Shown: positions 12,121-23,999 of the stretch, one piece after another
How positions within the stretch are numbered: the stretch's first letter is position 1
Layout: every line of letters starts with the position of its first letter
Source of the DNA: Podarcis muralis
Taxonomy: Eukaryota
DNA length: 64,000 nt
Direction: 5' to 3'
Assembly: GCF_964188315.1 (NCBI RefSeq)
Contig: NC_135655.1
Location: 82,398,001-82,462,000, forward strand
Program-made: the position numbers and the translations under genes
The notes under the pieces: generated by a model
What the model was told of the DNA's origin: nothing
What the model saw: only the letters and a program-made list of their open reading frames with translations
Databases searched by the model: none

Positions 12121-13166
12121 TTGGTGACAAAAAACCAGACCATTGTGACAGAATTTATTTTCTTGGGCTTTACAGAGCACCCAGAGTTCCAGATGCTCCT
12201 CTTCTTGGTGTTTCTGTTCATTTATGTTGTGACTCTTGGGGTGATTATGTTGCTCAGGATGGATTGGCAGCTTCATACTCCCATGTACTTCCATACTTCC
12301 TCAGCAACCGGTCTCTCTTGGATGTTGCCTATATAATGACCATTGCTCCCAAAATGTTGATAACATCATCATCATCATCATTAAACTTTATTTGACAGAC
12401 AACATTAAATTACACAACATCCCACATCACACCAGAATATACAACAGAATACAACAATACAGAATACAAAATGTTGATAACTTTTGTGATGGAAAGCAAA
12501 TCTATTTCATTCAATGAGTGTGCAATTCAGTTCTTCTTTTTCTGCATTTCTGTGTCCAGGGAGTGTGACCTCCTGGCTGCAATGGCATATGATCACTTCA
12601 CAGCCATCTGCAGCCCATTGCTGTATACAGTTATCATGTCCAGAAGACTCTGCATTTCTTGATTATGGTTGCATATACCCATGGCATTGTGTATGCAGTT
12701 GTTCAGACAATTTTCATATTCAGTTTGATATTCTGTGGCTCCAATGTCATCAATAATTTCTTCTGTGATGTGCCCCCCATTCTGAAACTGTCGTGTTCTA
12801 ACACCTATTTTACCCACCTTGTACATTTCATCTTCTCCACCATTATTTTGTCAAGCACCATCTTAACCGTTCTTGTTTCCTACATATACATCCTGGCAGC
12901 CATTCTCTGAATCAATTCTACAGAAGGTCGATGCAAAACCTTCTCCACTATTGCTTCCTACTTGACTGCTGTGGCCATTTTTGGGAACTGCCATATTCGC
13001 GTATGTAAGACCTGATTACAGGTTTGCAGTTGCCCATGACAAATTCATCTCTTTGTTCTATACTCTAGTAATTCCTATGCTAAACCCCCTGATCTACAGC
13101 CTAAGGAACAAGGAAGTGAAGGTTGCTTTGAAGAGGTCTATACAAAGGAAACTTTCTTCTCAATAA
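12121..13166 (+). pseudogene. OR pseudogene with multiple lesions
   Basis: TTG instead of ATG, GN motif of TM1 missing, frameshifts near 12295, 12660 and 12980, MAYDHF instead of MAYDRF, a 102-bp insertion; intact [12 protein letters not shown] at the end. Confidence 0.95.
12365..12466 (-). mobile_element. 5'-truncated non-LTR retroelement 3' end inside the OR pseudogene
   Basis: 15-bp TSD CAAAATGTTGATAAC (12350-12364, 12467-12481). Minus strand ends AATAAAAGTTTAA(TGA)n. Confidence 0.85.
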
Positions 13167-14601
13167 AAGCTTTGCTTAGGGACTGGTATGTAAAAATAAA
13201 TAAATAAATGGTTCTGTAACAGAAAGCTATCAGCACTGTGATTTTGAACTTGAACAGTTTTTATGTGCCATTCAAGCTTGCAAAGTTAGCCGCTATCAAC
13301 TCTCAAAATCAGTAATGGGTGCCGGCTTGCATGCACATGCATGTGCCCTTTTACCATGTCAGTTTCAGGAACTCTACTTCCTTGTCACTCACAGTCAATT
13401 GATATGATCCAAAAATGTAAATCTAGGCATACCTAAATATATGTCCATCTTCTGCATCTTGTTAAAGATTGGTCACCTTTCAATGACCAATGTAGCAGAT
13501 TACAGTTCTCATCATGATCAATAAATATAGTGTCACCAAAATGTCAGTTTTCCTGGACATGGTTAGATCTGTCCATCACACTATTTGCTATTGCTTTATC
13601 TGTTTTAACAACCTTGTTTATTTAATAAAATGTAGCTGTCTTGAGCAAAAACTTGTGGAATGTTCCTCTTCAAGTATTTATAGAGCTATGAAATTACTCC
13701 ATCTGAAACCACTAGTACATGTATCAAAGTTATAACCAACAGCAGTTATAACCAACCAACCAACCAAAGTTATAACCAACAGTCCATTCAAAATATCAGT
13801 GGGATTTACTTACACACCATATATTTACCATTGTGGCTTTAATGTCTATTACATTTAGGACACAAGCCAACCACACTTAAGCAGCAGTGAACTCGATACA
13901 AGAGTTAAACATATGTTTAACCACTGCCCATTTAAATAAATAGCCACATACCTGTTTTGTCTAAAATTGCTTTATTCATACCACTTTTGTATCTCCCTGT
14001 GTCTGCCCCAATGTCCTCTGACACAAGGACTAGAATCTTCACAATCCAGGCATTTATTGCAGCCTTATGTGCCTTCCTAAAAGAAAGGCATGGATGTTTC
14101 CATGTTTATTTTTATTTTTCAATGCAACTTTTTCCTTAATGCAACTGCTGGATTGTTCCACTGTGTCCTTGAAGTAGGGACCTCGACTAGGACCCATCAT
14201 CAGCAGATCAAATGTTGACATGAAAACTGAAACAAATCCTTAATATCATTGTCAGGCACATAACTTAAAGCTGCTAAAGGGATCGCCACCATTAACCTTT
14301 ACTAAGAGGTAATGATACATTTCAAAATTAAGAAAGGAAAAATGGGTGCATTTTTATACCATGGAAAATGCTATACCAGATGCATTGTTGCCCATGGTGT
14401 ACTCTAGCAGTGCCGTCCAGTAGTAACCTCTAGATTCCATTGTGGTGCAGTCAAAAATAGGAATTTCCACCCTGATCAGAAACCAATGGGATAAGTAGAA
14501 TTGTTCAACTGCTGATTAGTTAGAGGCAACACATGAACAGAGGCTGCTGATATCAGTGAGGAAGGCTAGCTGCATGTCAAGGCCCTGAGCCCTCCCCCAT
14601 T

Positions 14602-15403
14602 TGTTGAATAATAAAACACATAAGACACCAGTATTTTAGGTTAATGGGATAATTAAGGCCACAACTTTATTGGTTACAGAATGAGAGTGGTATTGGCTTA
14701 GTCACTGGAATTGAATTGACTATATCTGACTCCTGCCCACTATGCAGGTAGTCCAGTAAGGGTCAATCACCAGTAGGGGGAGCCCTGTTGATGTACATCA
14801 ACTGAGAGCTCCCCCAGGGTCCCTAATGGGGTCATGGCATGGCCCTAGCCCCTACCCGGGCTTCGGACGAGATCCACACCCCCGGATCCCTTTAACAGAA
14901 TACCCTTAAAGAGGAGGGGCAAGTGATGGCCAGAACCTCCCCTCCCATAAACCAGGTTTTACCAATGCCTAACTGCCAAACCTTACAAAGTTGTGACGAT
15001 TGCTACGAGGCAGGCGAAAACCACATGGCTGGTGCCAATTTGCCAAGTGGAAAAATTCCCACCTGGCCCCCTCAACAGGCAACCAACTGAAGTCCATAGC
15101 AAGGCCAAGATGGCGAATGCATGAAAAAAGGGCGGGAGGGCGGAAGATTCGATGAAGCGGGAAGCAAGAAGGAAGAGCCCCCAGCCGCGTGGCTGTTTAA
15201 ATAGCACAAGCCATGCCCCCTGGCCAACCGGATTGGTCAGCCAAGGGCGTGACATGGCCGGGACTCCCCGTGACACAGGCGGCATTGTCAGCCGCGGCCC
15301 CCCCCCCTGCTGTACATGGGGAAAGTGCGTGGCCTGCCTGCAACACCCCCCCCCCCCGGTAAGGGGAGTGGCCCTAGTCATCTACTAGTGTGATGTTGAA
15401 TAA
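14602..15403 (-). mobile_element. LTR-like bipartite repeat, possibly a DIRS/Ngaro split-repeat remnant
   Basis: Minus strand has CCAAT (about 15235), TATTTAAA (about 15200) and AATAAAG poly(A) signal (about 14668). TGTTGAATAA flanks both ends (14602-14611, 15394-15403). The distal half is homologous to 24088-24504. Confidence 0.55.
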
Positions 15404-15451
15404 GTGCATCTTACTTCCTCTGCCTCCTCCACCCAGTTTCTGGTAAAGACC

Positions 15452-16038
15452 TGTAATGGCCTGGGAATCCGATTCAGAGGCTGAACCGGAGGAACCCCAG
15501 CCTGCACAGGAGTCCCCGCCTCCAGGGGGGGCTGAGCTGGGGCGGGGCCTTGGATCTGAAGCGCCTGCACCTGTGCCGGATCCTCAGGAGCAGGCACCAG
15601 GTGATTCCACTCTAGCTCCGGAGGTGATTGAGGACACAGTACCTACAGGTGCGCCTCTCCCGGCCCTGCCAGAGGAAGGTGAGTCTCCCCCTGGGTCCAG
15701 TAACTCCTCAGCCTCTCCTGAACTGCAGAGGCTCAGGGCAGAGAGGCGGAGGGAACTGGTTTCTCCCAGGAGGAGTGCTCACCTTAAGGCCGAGAGAGGC
15801 GGGTCTCCTGGGGGCCGGGACCGCCCCTGGCCTCAGAGAAGATAAAGGCCAGTCAGCCCGGTCTCAGGTTGTAGGAGCAACGTCGTTGAATACCTGCTCC
15901 TGCCCGGACCCAGACCTGACCTTCCAGTGTTCCCGTCCCCGCACGGCTTCCTGCTTCGGACCCCACCTCGCTCTTTGTGAACTGTTTCCAGACTAGTGAC
16001 CCAGGACCGGACTTTGACCACGCCCCGGGACCAGCACA
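15452..16038 (+). mobile_element. Solo LTR (Gypsy-like), 587 bp
   Basis: TG...CA termini; 5-bp TSD AGACC (15447-15451, 16039-16043). Confidence 0.9.
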
Positions 16039-16234
16039 AGACCAGAGTTCCCAGTAAAGACAGGAGTGTCAGTATTTACATGGGGACAGCCATGTTCCCC
16101 CTATCAATACAGTTCCTCCTGAGACAGATGACGTGCCATCGAGTCCCCTCACTCCCAGGGGGACTTGCACTATTTTATTCAAAGTGTGTGATGACAAGAA
16201 GCCCAAAGTATTAACTTCACACGTGGTAATGAGA

Positions 16235-16285
<51 letters not shown>
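16235..16285. repeat. (AAT)n microsatellite, likely the tail of a minus-strand L2-type remnant
   Basis: Direct reading; the adjacent TTTGTATACCACCG...GGTTTACA resembles a reverse-complemented L2 3' end. Confidence 0.9.
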
Positions 16286-16286
<1 letters not shown>

Positions 16287-16507
16287 TTTGTATACCACCG
16301 TTCATGCAAGGATGATAGGATGGTTTACAATATAAAAACACAAAACAGTAACAAACCAAAACAATAAACCTCCTATATAGTTTAAAAGGCCATATAGTGA
16401 TTAATTAGCCAAAGGCCAACATACCAAATATGTTGGTATTGTTAGGTTGGCCTCATTGCTCATTAATTGGGGGATAAGATGCACTGCAGCTGCTGCTGAA
16501 TCTACTG

Positions 16508-16903
16508 CAAGCTTCCTCAATCAGCCCTCCAGAGAGCCAGTGTGGTGTAGTGGTTAAGAGCGGGAGACTCGTAATCTGGTGAACCGGGTTCGCTTCCCTG
16601 CTCCTCCACATGCAGCTGCTGGGTGACCTTGGGCCAGTCACACTTCTCTGAAGTCTCTCAGCCCCACTCACCTCACAGAGTGTTTGTTGTGGGGGAAGAA
16701 GGGAAAGGAGAATGTTAGCCGCTTTGAGACTCCTTCGGGTAGTGATAAAGCGGGATATCAAATCCAAACTCTTCTTCTTCTTCTTCTTCTCCAGATGTTT
16801 TTGGCCTACAACTCCCATGATCCCTAGCTAGCAGGACCAGTGGTCAGGGATGATGGGAATTGTAGTCTCAAAACATCTGGAGGGCCAAAGTTGAGGAAGC
16901 CTG
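16508..16903. mobile_element. hAT MITE interrupted by a SINE
   Basis: TIRs CAAGCTTCCTCAA / TTGAGGAAGCCTG; perfect 8-bp TSD ATCTACTG (16500-16507, 16904-16911). Confidence 0.9.
16534..16788 (+). mobile_element. tRNA-derived SINE (Squam3-type)
   Basis: Box A/B head TGTGGTGTAGTGG...GGTTCGCTTCCC, L2-like 3' end, (CTT)n tail, TSD CTCCAGA. Second copy at 63146. Confidence 0.85.
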
Positions 16904-17059
16904 ATCTACTGCATTGTGAGTATTGCACTAGCAGAAATAGTGCAGAAATAAGCAGCAATAAGCAAAGAGTAAATGACTTCTATCTGCAAGCTTACATTAA
17001 AGTGGCATTAAAGTAGATTAATGGTTGAAAATATGTACTGAAATGAGTGGCATGGGGAC

Positions 17060-17288
17060 AGTTTTGTTTCAAACCAATTATGGAAATAAACTCTCAGCTT
17101 GCAGGTCCTTAGGTGATGACTATGCGAAGAGGTCATACTGAATATTTTAATGATATGGGTTTCTCTCTTGAGAATTTCAGCAATTCTGTTCTAGCTCAAT
17201 ACCAAACCAGCTATAAAGCAAGAAATTCTATCCACATTTCATTGCTTTTTAAGCTTTGGGAATGACATTTTGTGATTCACAGGTAAGA
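17060..17288 (+). promoter_or_regulatory. Candidate OR promoter plus noncoding first exon (OR 19495)
   Basis: AACCAATTA, TCCTTAGGTG (O/E-like), TTTTAATGATATGGG (17145), CTATAAA (17211), donor CAG|GTAAG at 17283. Paralogous blocks at 42340, 51600 and 56640. Confidence 0.65.
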
Positions 17289-18610
17289 GTTCTTAGACTA
17301 TTTCTTCTTATTATGGTTGACACATGAAATATTGGCAAAAAAAATGTTCTCTGGCAAGCAGAAGTATAAGCAGCTAAATTGTCTGGAAGCTAAACAAGTT
17401 TTCAGTAGCCACCAAAGATGGGTAGAGATTGAAAGCCCTTTGTGATGCTGCATTACAAATCTCTTGCAGGTTTCCTAGGGATCTATGCAGCCAAAGCTGA
17501 TCTTCAGAAACACTGAGTGAGGTACGAACATCACATAGATTCATCCATGTATTATCATCCATTTATTAATCTAGAAGTTTATTCCTTTTGGCATTGCCAA
17601 ACTCCAACCCATGCAAAACCACTTTAAAGTCAAGGGGATCATTATTGGTGCATTATCTTTTTAATCATCCATTTATAATATCTCCTTATTTATCTATATT
17701 TGTTGTGACCCAGCAAACCCTAAGGACTGTTTGGGTGCTGCAGGGCTATTTATTTATTTATTGTCTACAGCTGCCTTGGCAATAAATGGGGAGGGGCTTT
17801 TCACAGGTGGGAGAAGAGAAACCATTCTGGGACTCACAGCCATAATCCAGGCTTTCTTAAAAAAAAAGTGCTGGGTGCAACCAGTGCAGAAATATTTTGA
17901 AAGGCTAGATTATCCACACTGCCCAGCTGCAATGGTGCAACAAGTTCTGACTGGCATCTTATACAGTATTTGCACTGTAAAATTTGGGAGCACGGAACTT
18001 ACTCTGATGTGAATGTGTTTAAGGATTGCAATCTAAAATTCATAGAATAACATAATTTTTAATACCTACTTTTTTGATGTGTAAAAGAATGTTGGTATAT
18101 GGATGGAAAAGATGCATCACTGGACATTAATGATGTTGTGAGCACTAGCCAATAGGTGCCCATTATTCATCCAGAAGTACATCCCACAAAATATAGGCAC
18201 AATAGATTGCACTTCTACATGTGGTAGGGGTGAGAGAATTTCAAAATGCCAGCAATTCAGTTTTAGCAAGTTTTGTGCAAAAGAGAGAGACAAGGAGATA
18301 CAGAAAGATACAGAGAGAGACTTCATCCTCCCACAAGGAAGGACGTTGCTGTGGAAATTACAGTTAGAATGTATGTTGGCAAGCCTACTTGAGTGCTTAT
18401 TATACCTAATTCTAAATATATGTTCTGATGTCAAACTGATTTGCTACTCAAAATAGTCTACCTGAATTCTACACAAAGAAAGGGGGGAGAGGAAAAGGTA
18501 GGAAACAAAGACATTTTAAGTTATTCCTTTCAAAACTGGTGGTAAGAATGCTAACTCCCTCATTCAATGTAGTAGGTAGAGAACTACTCAGTCAAAACCT
18601 CCATTGTACC

Positions 18611-18746
18611 CAGTGCTTTTTTTCTAAAATAATGTTTAGGGGTACTCTCATTTTCCTGCTCATATTGAAATACTGCCCCTCAATGAGGCCAAATTTAGAT
18701 TCACAAAATGTTTAGGGGTATGCATACCCCCAGAAAAAAGGCACTG
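18611..18746. mobile_element. hAT-type MITE
   Basis: TIRs CAGTGCTTTTTTTCT / AGAAAAAAGGCACTG; TSD degraded. Confidence 0.65.
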
Positions 18747-19494
18747 GTTATAGCTCTTTTTTCATTAATGGATTTTTATTCTGGTTATTTAAAGCAAAGT
18801 TGGTAGACTTGAAACTGTGCTCTAGAAAATGTCTGACGAAGGCTTTCTCAACCTCTCTTTACATGAAATGATGAAGGCTACTTTTCCAAGCAATCCAGTC
18901 ATTATGAGACTGGTCTTCCCCCAAATAAGGGCTGCTTCAGTGAATTTTCTTATTCATTTCACATCAATGTCTAGTGAACAAATTCATCAAAGCAGAAACC
19001 GTGTTACTGTTTCTGACAAAACAATTTAATAATAATAATAATGAGAGACTCTTCTCAGTGTTCCACTTAGGATGGGACAAAAGAGAAGGTATTCCCAGTG
19101 GCTGCACCCAGGTTAGGGAACTCTGAAATCGTTTTATTTTTCTGATTTATTTAAAAAAAAATGTGGCCCTGTCCCTGTTTTGCAATTGTTTGATACTGTA
19201 TTATGAAATTGTAATGTTTCATTATGTACCAGATCAATCACCTCACACTTCAGGAGAGGGCCTCCTGCAGATTCCATCTTACTAGAAAGTCCATACCATA
19301 TGACATAGGAATCAGGCTTTTAGTGTGGTGGTACCTACCCTTTTGAATTTCCTCCTGTTACACCTCAAGCAGGGATCATCTCTATTGCCTTTTCACAATA
19401 TACTCCTGAGGGATGTAGAAAAGCAAAGATGTGGTTGACCTTGACTGTCACATTATGCTAATAATTATTTTTATCCCATTATAGAGGAATAATA

Positions 19495-20430
19495 ATGAAG
19501 CAAAATCTCACTTCTGTAACGGAATTCATCCTTGTAGGATTCATGGACCACCCTGACCTCCAAGTCCCCCTCTTCATCTTGTTCCTGGTTATCTATGTAG
19601 TCACAATAATAGGCAACCTTGGGATAATCATAGTAACCAGTGTGGATGCTCGGCTCCACACCCCAATGTACTTTTTCCTGAGAAACCTCTCCATTATCGA
19701 TATTGGTTATTCAACTGCCATTGCCCCCAAGTTGCTGACAACCTTTGTGGCAGAGAAGACAACCATTTCTTTCAAGGGATGCACAGTGCAGTTTTTCTTT
19801 TTTTGTTTGTTTGTGACCACTGAAGGCTGCCTTCTTGCTGTGATGGCGTACGATCGCTTCACAGCCATCTGCAACCCACTGCTCTATTTTGCTGTTATGT
19901 CAAAGAAGTTGTGTGCCATATTGGTGGTAGTTGCATATAGTTGTGGCTTGGCAAGTTCAACTATCCATACCATTTTCATATTCAATTTGTCCTTCTGCAG
20001 TTCAAATATCATTAATCATTTTTTCTGTGATGTTCCTCCTATACTCCAGTTGTCCTGTTCTGACACCCATGTCACTCGCACTGTGCATTTCATTTTATCC
20101 ACTGTCATTGCACTGACGACTTTTCTCATTGTCTTGGTGTCCTACATTGCCATAGTTTTTGCTATCATGCAGATCCGTTCTGCCCAGGGCAGATACAAAG
20201 CCTTCTCCACCTGTGCTTCCCACCTGACCACAGTCACTATCTTCTTTGGAACCATCATCTTCATGTATATACGGCCTGGTTCCAGTTTCCCAAAGGATCA
20301 GGACAAAATAGTTTCTGTGTTCTATACTCTCGTGACATCCCTGCTCAACCCTCTCATCTACAGCCTAAGGAACAAAGATGTGAAAGATGCTGTGTGCAGG
20401 ATAGCAGGCAAAGTGGCATTTCTGAAGTAG
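19495..20430 (+). CDS. Olfactory receptor, class II, intact, 311 aa
   Basis: [45 protein letters not shown]; acceptor TAG at 19484. Confidence 0.97.
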   Translation: MKQNLTSVTEFILVGFMDHPDLQVPLFILFLVIYVVTIIGNLGIIIVTSVDARLHTPMYFFLRNLSIIDIGYSTAIAPKLLTTFVAEKTTISFKGCTVQFFFFCLFVTTEGCLLAVMAYDRFTAICNPLLYFAVMSKKLCAILVVVAYSCGLASSTIHTIFIFNLSFCSSNIINHFFCDVPPILQLSCSDTHVTRTVHFILSTVIALTTFLIVLVSYIAIVFAIMQIRSAQGRYKAFSTCASHLTTVTIFFGTIIFMYIRPGSSFPKDQDKIVSVFYTLVTSLLNPLIYSLRNKDVKDAVCRIAGKVAFLK

Positions 20431-21943
20431 CCACTCTGCAACTGCTTCATCCTTCCTCCACCATCATTGTGGCCAATGGTTCCTACAAGCAAGCCACTTT
20501 TCCTGTTACTGTTGATGCTACCTGTAACACGTGTGACTCTTTAGGGACTTGTTTTGAGCCAGTGATGTTCAGTTAAATTCTTTGTGTTTGGGCATCTGTG
20601 TGAACTATGAAAAGCCATGGTAGGTTCATCACACACACATTGCTCTTGGGATGAAATACATTGACCTTTTAAAAAATGATTTCTCTGTTGGTCATGTTCT
20701 CCATTTATTCTGAAAGTTTTGATCCATGGCCTTGGGTGGTATTGGATTCCCTCCCCTCCCCCTCCCCCCGAGCCTCACACCTGGTTATCACATATGTTTA
20801 ACTCACTTTGATGCATTGTCAGCTAAGGCTTGCGCAATGGGACTCCCCCCCCCTTCTCCTTCCACATGCCCCCTAAATATGTTCTGGGGTTCTCTCAGCC
20901 CTCTGGAGCAGATTTGGGGAGTCCACAGGAGATACACAGGGGGAGGAGAGGGGGAAAGTCTCATTGTGCAAGTCAAAATCCATGCACTAATGAGACATGT
21001 TAGTTGGATACCACCCATTGTTACGTTTCCAAATGTGTTGAGAATTTTTGTTTTCTCCCAAAGCTTCCTGAATTAGTCCATTCTAGTTCTGCAGTTTCAA
21101 ATTCTTGTTGGCTTCGTGTTTTTAGCATTGCTTTATGATTTGTATTCTGTTTGATATTCTGTTTTTGTACACTACTCATGTATTCTTGGAATGTAGACTG
21201 GTTAAATAAAACAACAACTACCAAGAAGTGATGTGAACTGGTACTCTAGATCTGAGACAATATATTACTTTGTAGTCATCTACTATTCCCTAGTGGACCT
21301 GAAGGGAATGTTGCAATCTCAGCTATATCTTACTTAGAAAATCCCATGGGGTCTATGTCCCTAGTTTCCAAGGAATCATATATAAACACATCTTGCTAAT
21401 GCACACAGTGATACGCTTGTAGTCATGAAATGACTTTTCTTTCCACTGGTAAGAGTTACCAGCTTGACTAATAAAGCCGAAATAGATACCATCATCATTT
21501 TTTCTGCATTTTTGTTATGTCGGTAAGAGATATTGCATTCAATTGTACCAACTCTTTAAAAGCCTTTCATTTTGACATTTGCAGCAAACTGACACAAAAT
21601 CGGGGGGGGGGGGGGAGAGTCAAAATAAAGAACTTGTGCCCAGTTGTATTTGTTTAAACATAATAGAATATGGAATATTATGCTCAGAAGTAAAACTCAT
21701 TGAGTTCAGCCATATATACTCCCCCTAATAACTGCAGCCTTAATTATTCAAGCTTGTTTTATTGTCCAAGATTCAAGAATAGCAGGTGGTATGGATGGAA
21801 GCTGCTGCAAAAGATACTGGAAGCAAGTCTTTCTAGGAAGCAGCAATATGGGTATGTAACAATATGAAACATGCACTTGATGATTGCACCAGACTCTTCA
21901 AAGTCTTATGCCTGAGCTGGTTGTTTCTGAGTACTATGCTTAC

Positions 21944-22052
21944 ATGAGAAATGAATGGGCATCAGTTGAGGATTTCTGATTTCGTGGGTGTGTGCCGATC
22001 CGATCCCACCCAACTGCCATGTATTCTCCAGAAGGCTGTCCACCAGGTAATG
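21944..22052 (+). promoter_or_regulatory. Candidate promoter/first exon of OR 22886
   Basis: Block shared with 7348-7385 (opposite strand); candidate donor CAG|GTAATG at 22047. Confidence 0.4.
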
Positions 22053-22885
22053 TGCGTCTCACTTGGAAAAAATCCTTCTCATACCTGCACCATCCAGGGG
22101 TCCTTTACATCATGTGTTGATTATGACCTGATGACTCATGCCTAAGCTCAACAATGGCTGACATTTAAAACTATTTGGTGGGATTCAATGAACAACTCTC
22201 ATGAACAGGAGCCCATTTGATGACTTCCAACTTCACAACGGGGGTTTCTCCCTCTCCTCCCCTATAGCCCTGGTAAGGAGAAACCCCAAACTGCACTCAG
22301 TGGGAGAAGGTAATGGAACATCCTATCTAGCAAGCTGATGTACTTGTCATGACAGAACATTCAGAAGAACCCAGCACTTAATTCCTCCCATTGTGCTTCA
22401 AGTCACGGAAGGTGATATTTTTAAAAATTGTCACGGTTTCTGATCCTTTCTGCAATTTTCATTCAAGTCATCACTTGATTGTGCATTAATTAGCCCCAGT
22501 GCTGGTAAAGATAGTCATAACTAGGGGTAGATGAGAATTTGGTTTGGGTTTTAATGAGAAACCACCCAATTTACACTTTTCAAACCAATATGACAGTCAA
22601 AAACTTTAGACCAAATCTACACTGCTCTGAATTTTGTGATGCAGTTCTTCCACCAAATAATATGTACAAAAATGCATATATACATTACTGAAAATAACAA
22701 AGAGAACTGAATTAGGTGAAATCACTTGCCAATATGTGTATAATAATGGAAAATACATGCAAAAATGTGTTTATTGAAAGAAATTCAGACTAAAATGCTA
22801 ACACATTTTCATGAGAATTTTTAAGAATAAATAAATAAAATTACTTACTTTTTATTTCCTTTTTTCTTTTCCTCCTAGGGAATAA

Positions 22886-23824
22886 ATGATGGAGTACACA
22901 AATCAAACCATGGTGACTGAATTCATCCTTCTGGGCTTTATGGAATATCCAGAGCTGTGGGCCCTTCTCTTCCTGCTGTTCCTCTTGATTTACATTGTCA
23001 CAGTGTCAGGGAATATTGGCATCATCGTACTAGCCACCCTTGATGCAAACCTGCACACTCCCATGTACTTTTTCCTCAGCAACCTATCTTTGGTTGACGT
23101 TGGCTATTCCACTACTATCGCTCCCAGGTTGCTGATGACCTTTCTGGAGAGCAATAATGCTATTGCATTCACAGAGTGTACCGTGCAATTTTTCTTTTTG
23201 TGTTTATTTATCACAGTTGAAACTTGTCTTCTAGCTATTATGGCTTACGATCGCTTCACTGCCATTTGCAACCCATTACTCTATTTTGTTGCCATGTCTA
23301 AAAAGCTCTGTCTGGTCTTAGTAATAGGTGCATATATTTGTGGCTTTGTGAATTCAGTTGCACAGACTTCATTGATATTTAGCCTTTCTTTCTGCAGCTC
23401 AAATGTTATCAATCATTTCTTTTGTGACATCCCTCCCATCCTGAAACTTTCCTGTTCAAGCACAGAAGTGGCTAACACTGTGCATTTCATCTTTTCTACT
23501 GCAATAGTCACAACCACTTTGTTGATTATCCTCATTTCCTATATCTACATTATTTTTGCCATCCTGCGGATTCGCTCTGCTCAGGGCAGACACAAAGCTT
23601 TTTCCACCTGTGCCTCTCACCTCACGTCTGTCACAATCTTCTATGGGACCATTATCTTTATGTATCTGAGGCCCAATTCCAGTGTCTCAATGGATGAAGA
23701 TAAAATTGTTTCAGTGTTCTATACTCTTGTGATCCCAATGCTAAATCCTTTCATCTACAGTCTGAGAAATAAAGATGTGAAGGATGCTTTCCTAAGGATG
23801 AATGGAAAGATCTCATTAAATTAA
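22886..23824 (+). CDS. Olfactory receptor, class II, intact, 312 aa
   Basis: All canonical OR motifs; acceptor TTTCCTCCTAG at 22878. Confidence 0.97.
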   Translation: MMEYTNQTMVTEFILLGFMEYPELWALLFLLFLLIYIVTVSGNIGIIVLATLDANLHTPMYFFLSNLSLVDVGYSTTIAPRLLMTFLESNNAIAFTECTVQFFFLCLFITVETCLLAIMAYDRFTAICNPLLYFVAMSKKLCLVLVIGAYICGFVNSVAQTSLIFSLSFCSSNVINHFFCDIPPILKLSCSSTEVANTVHFIFSTAIVTTTLLIILISYIYIIFAILRIRSAQGRHKAFSTCASHLTSVTIFYGTIIFMYLRPNSSVSMDEDKIVSVFYTLVIPMLNPFIYSLRNKDVKDAFLRMNGKISLN

Positions 23825-23999
23825 GTCAGTTATTGCTCTAGATGAGTTTGAGTTTCCAGTAGATAATAACCAAGGAAGTGTGTATTTGTTCTATTTGTGT
23901 ATGTGTGTGTAATTGTCCTGATGTGTTGCTTTTTTTCCCTTCTTTTTCTTTTTTTGACCATTCCACACTTAATAGTCAGTAGGTGGCATTAATAGTACA

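Noticed and set aside
16069-16359. Poly-Leu and poly-Asn ORFs
   Set aside because: Translations of the (AAT)n microsatellite.
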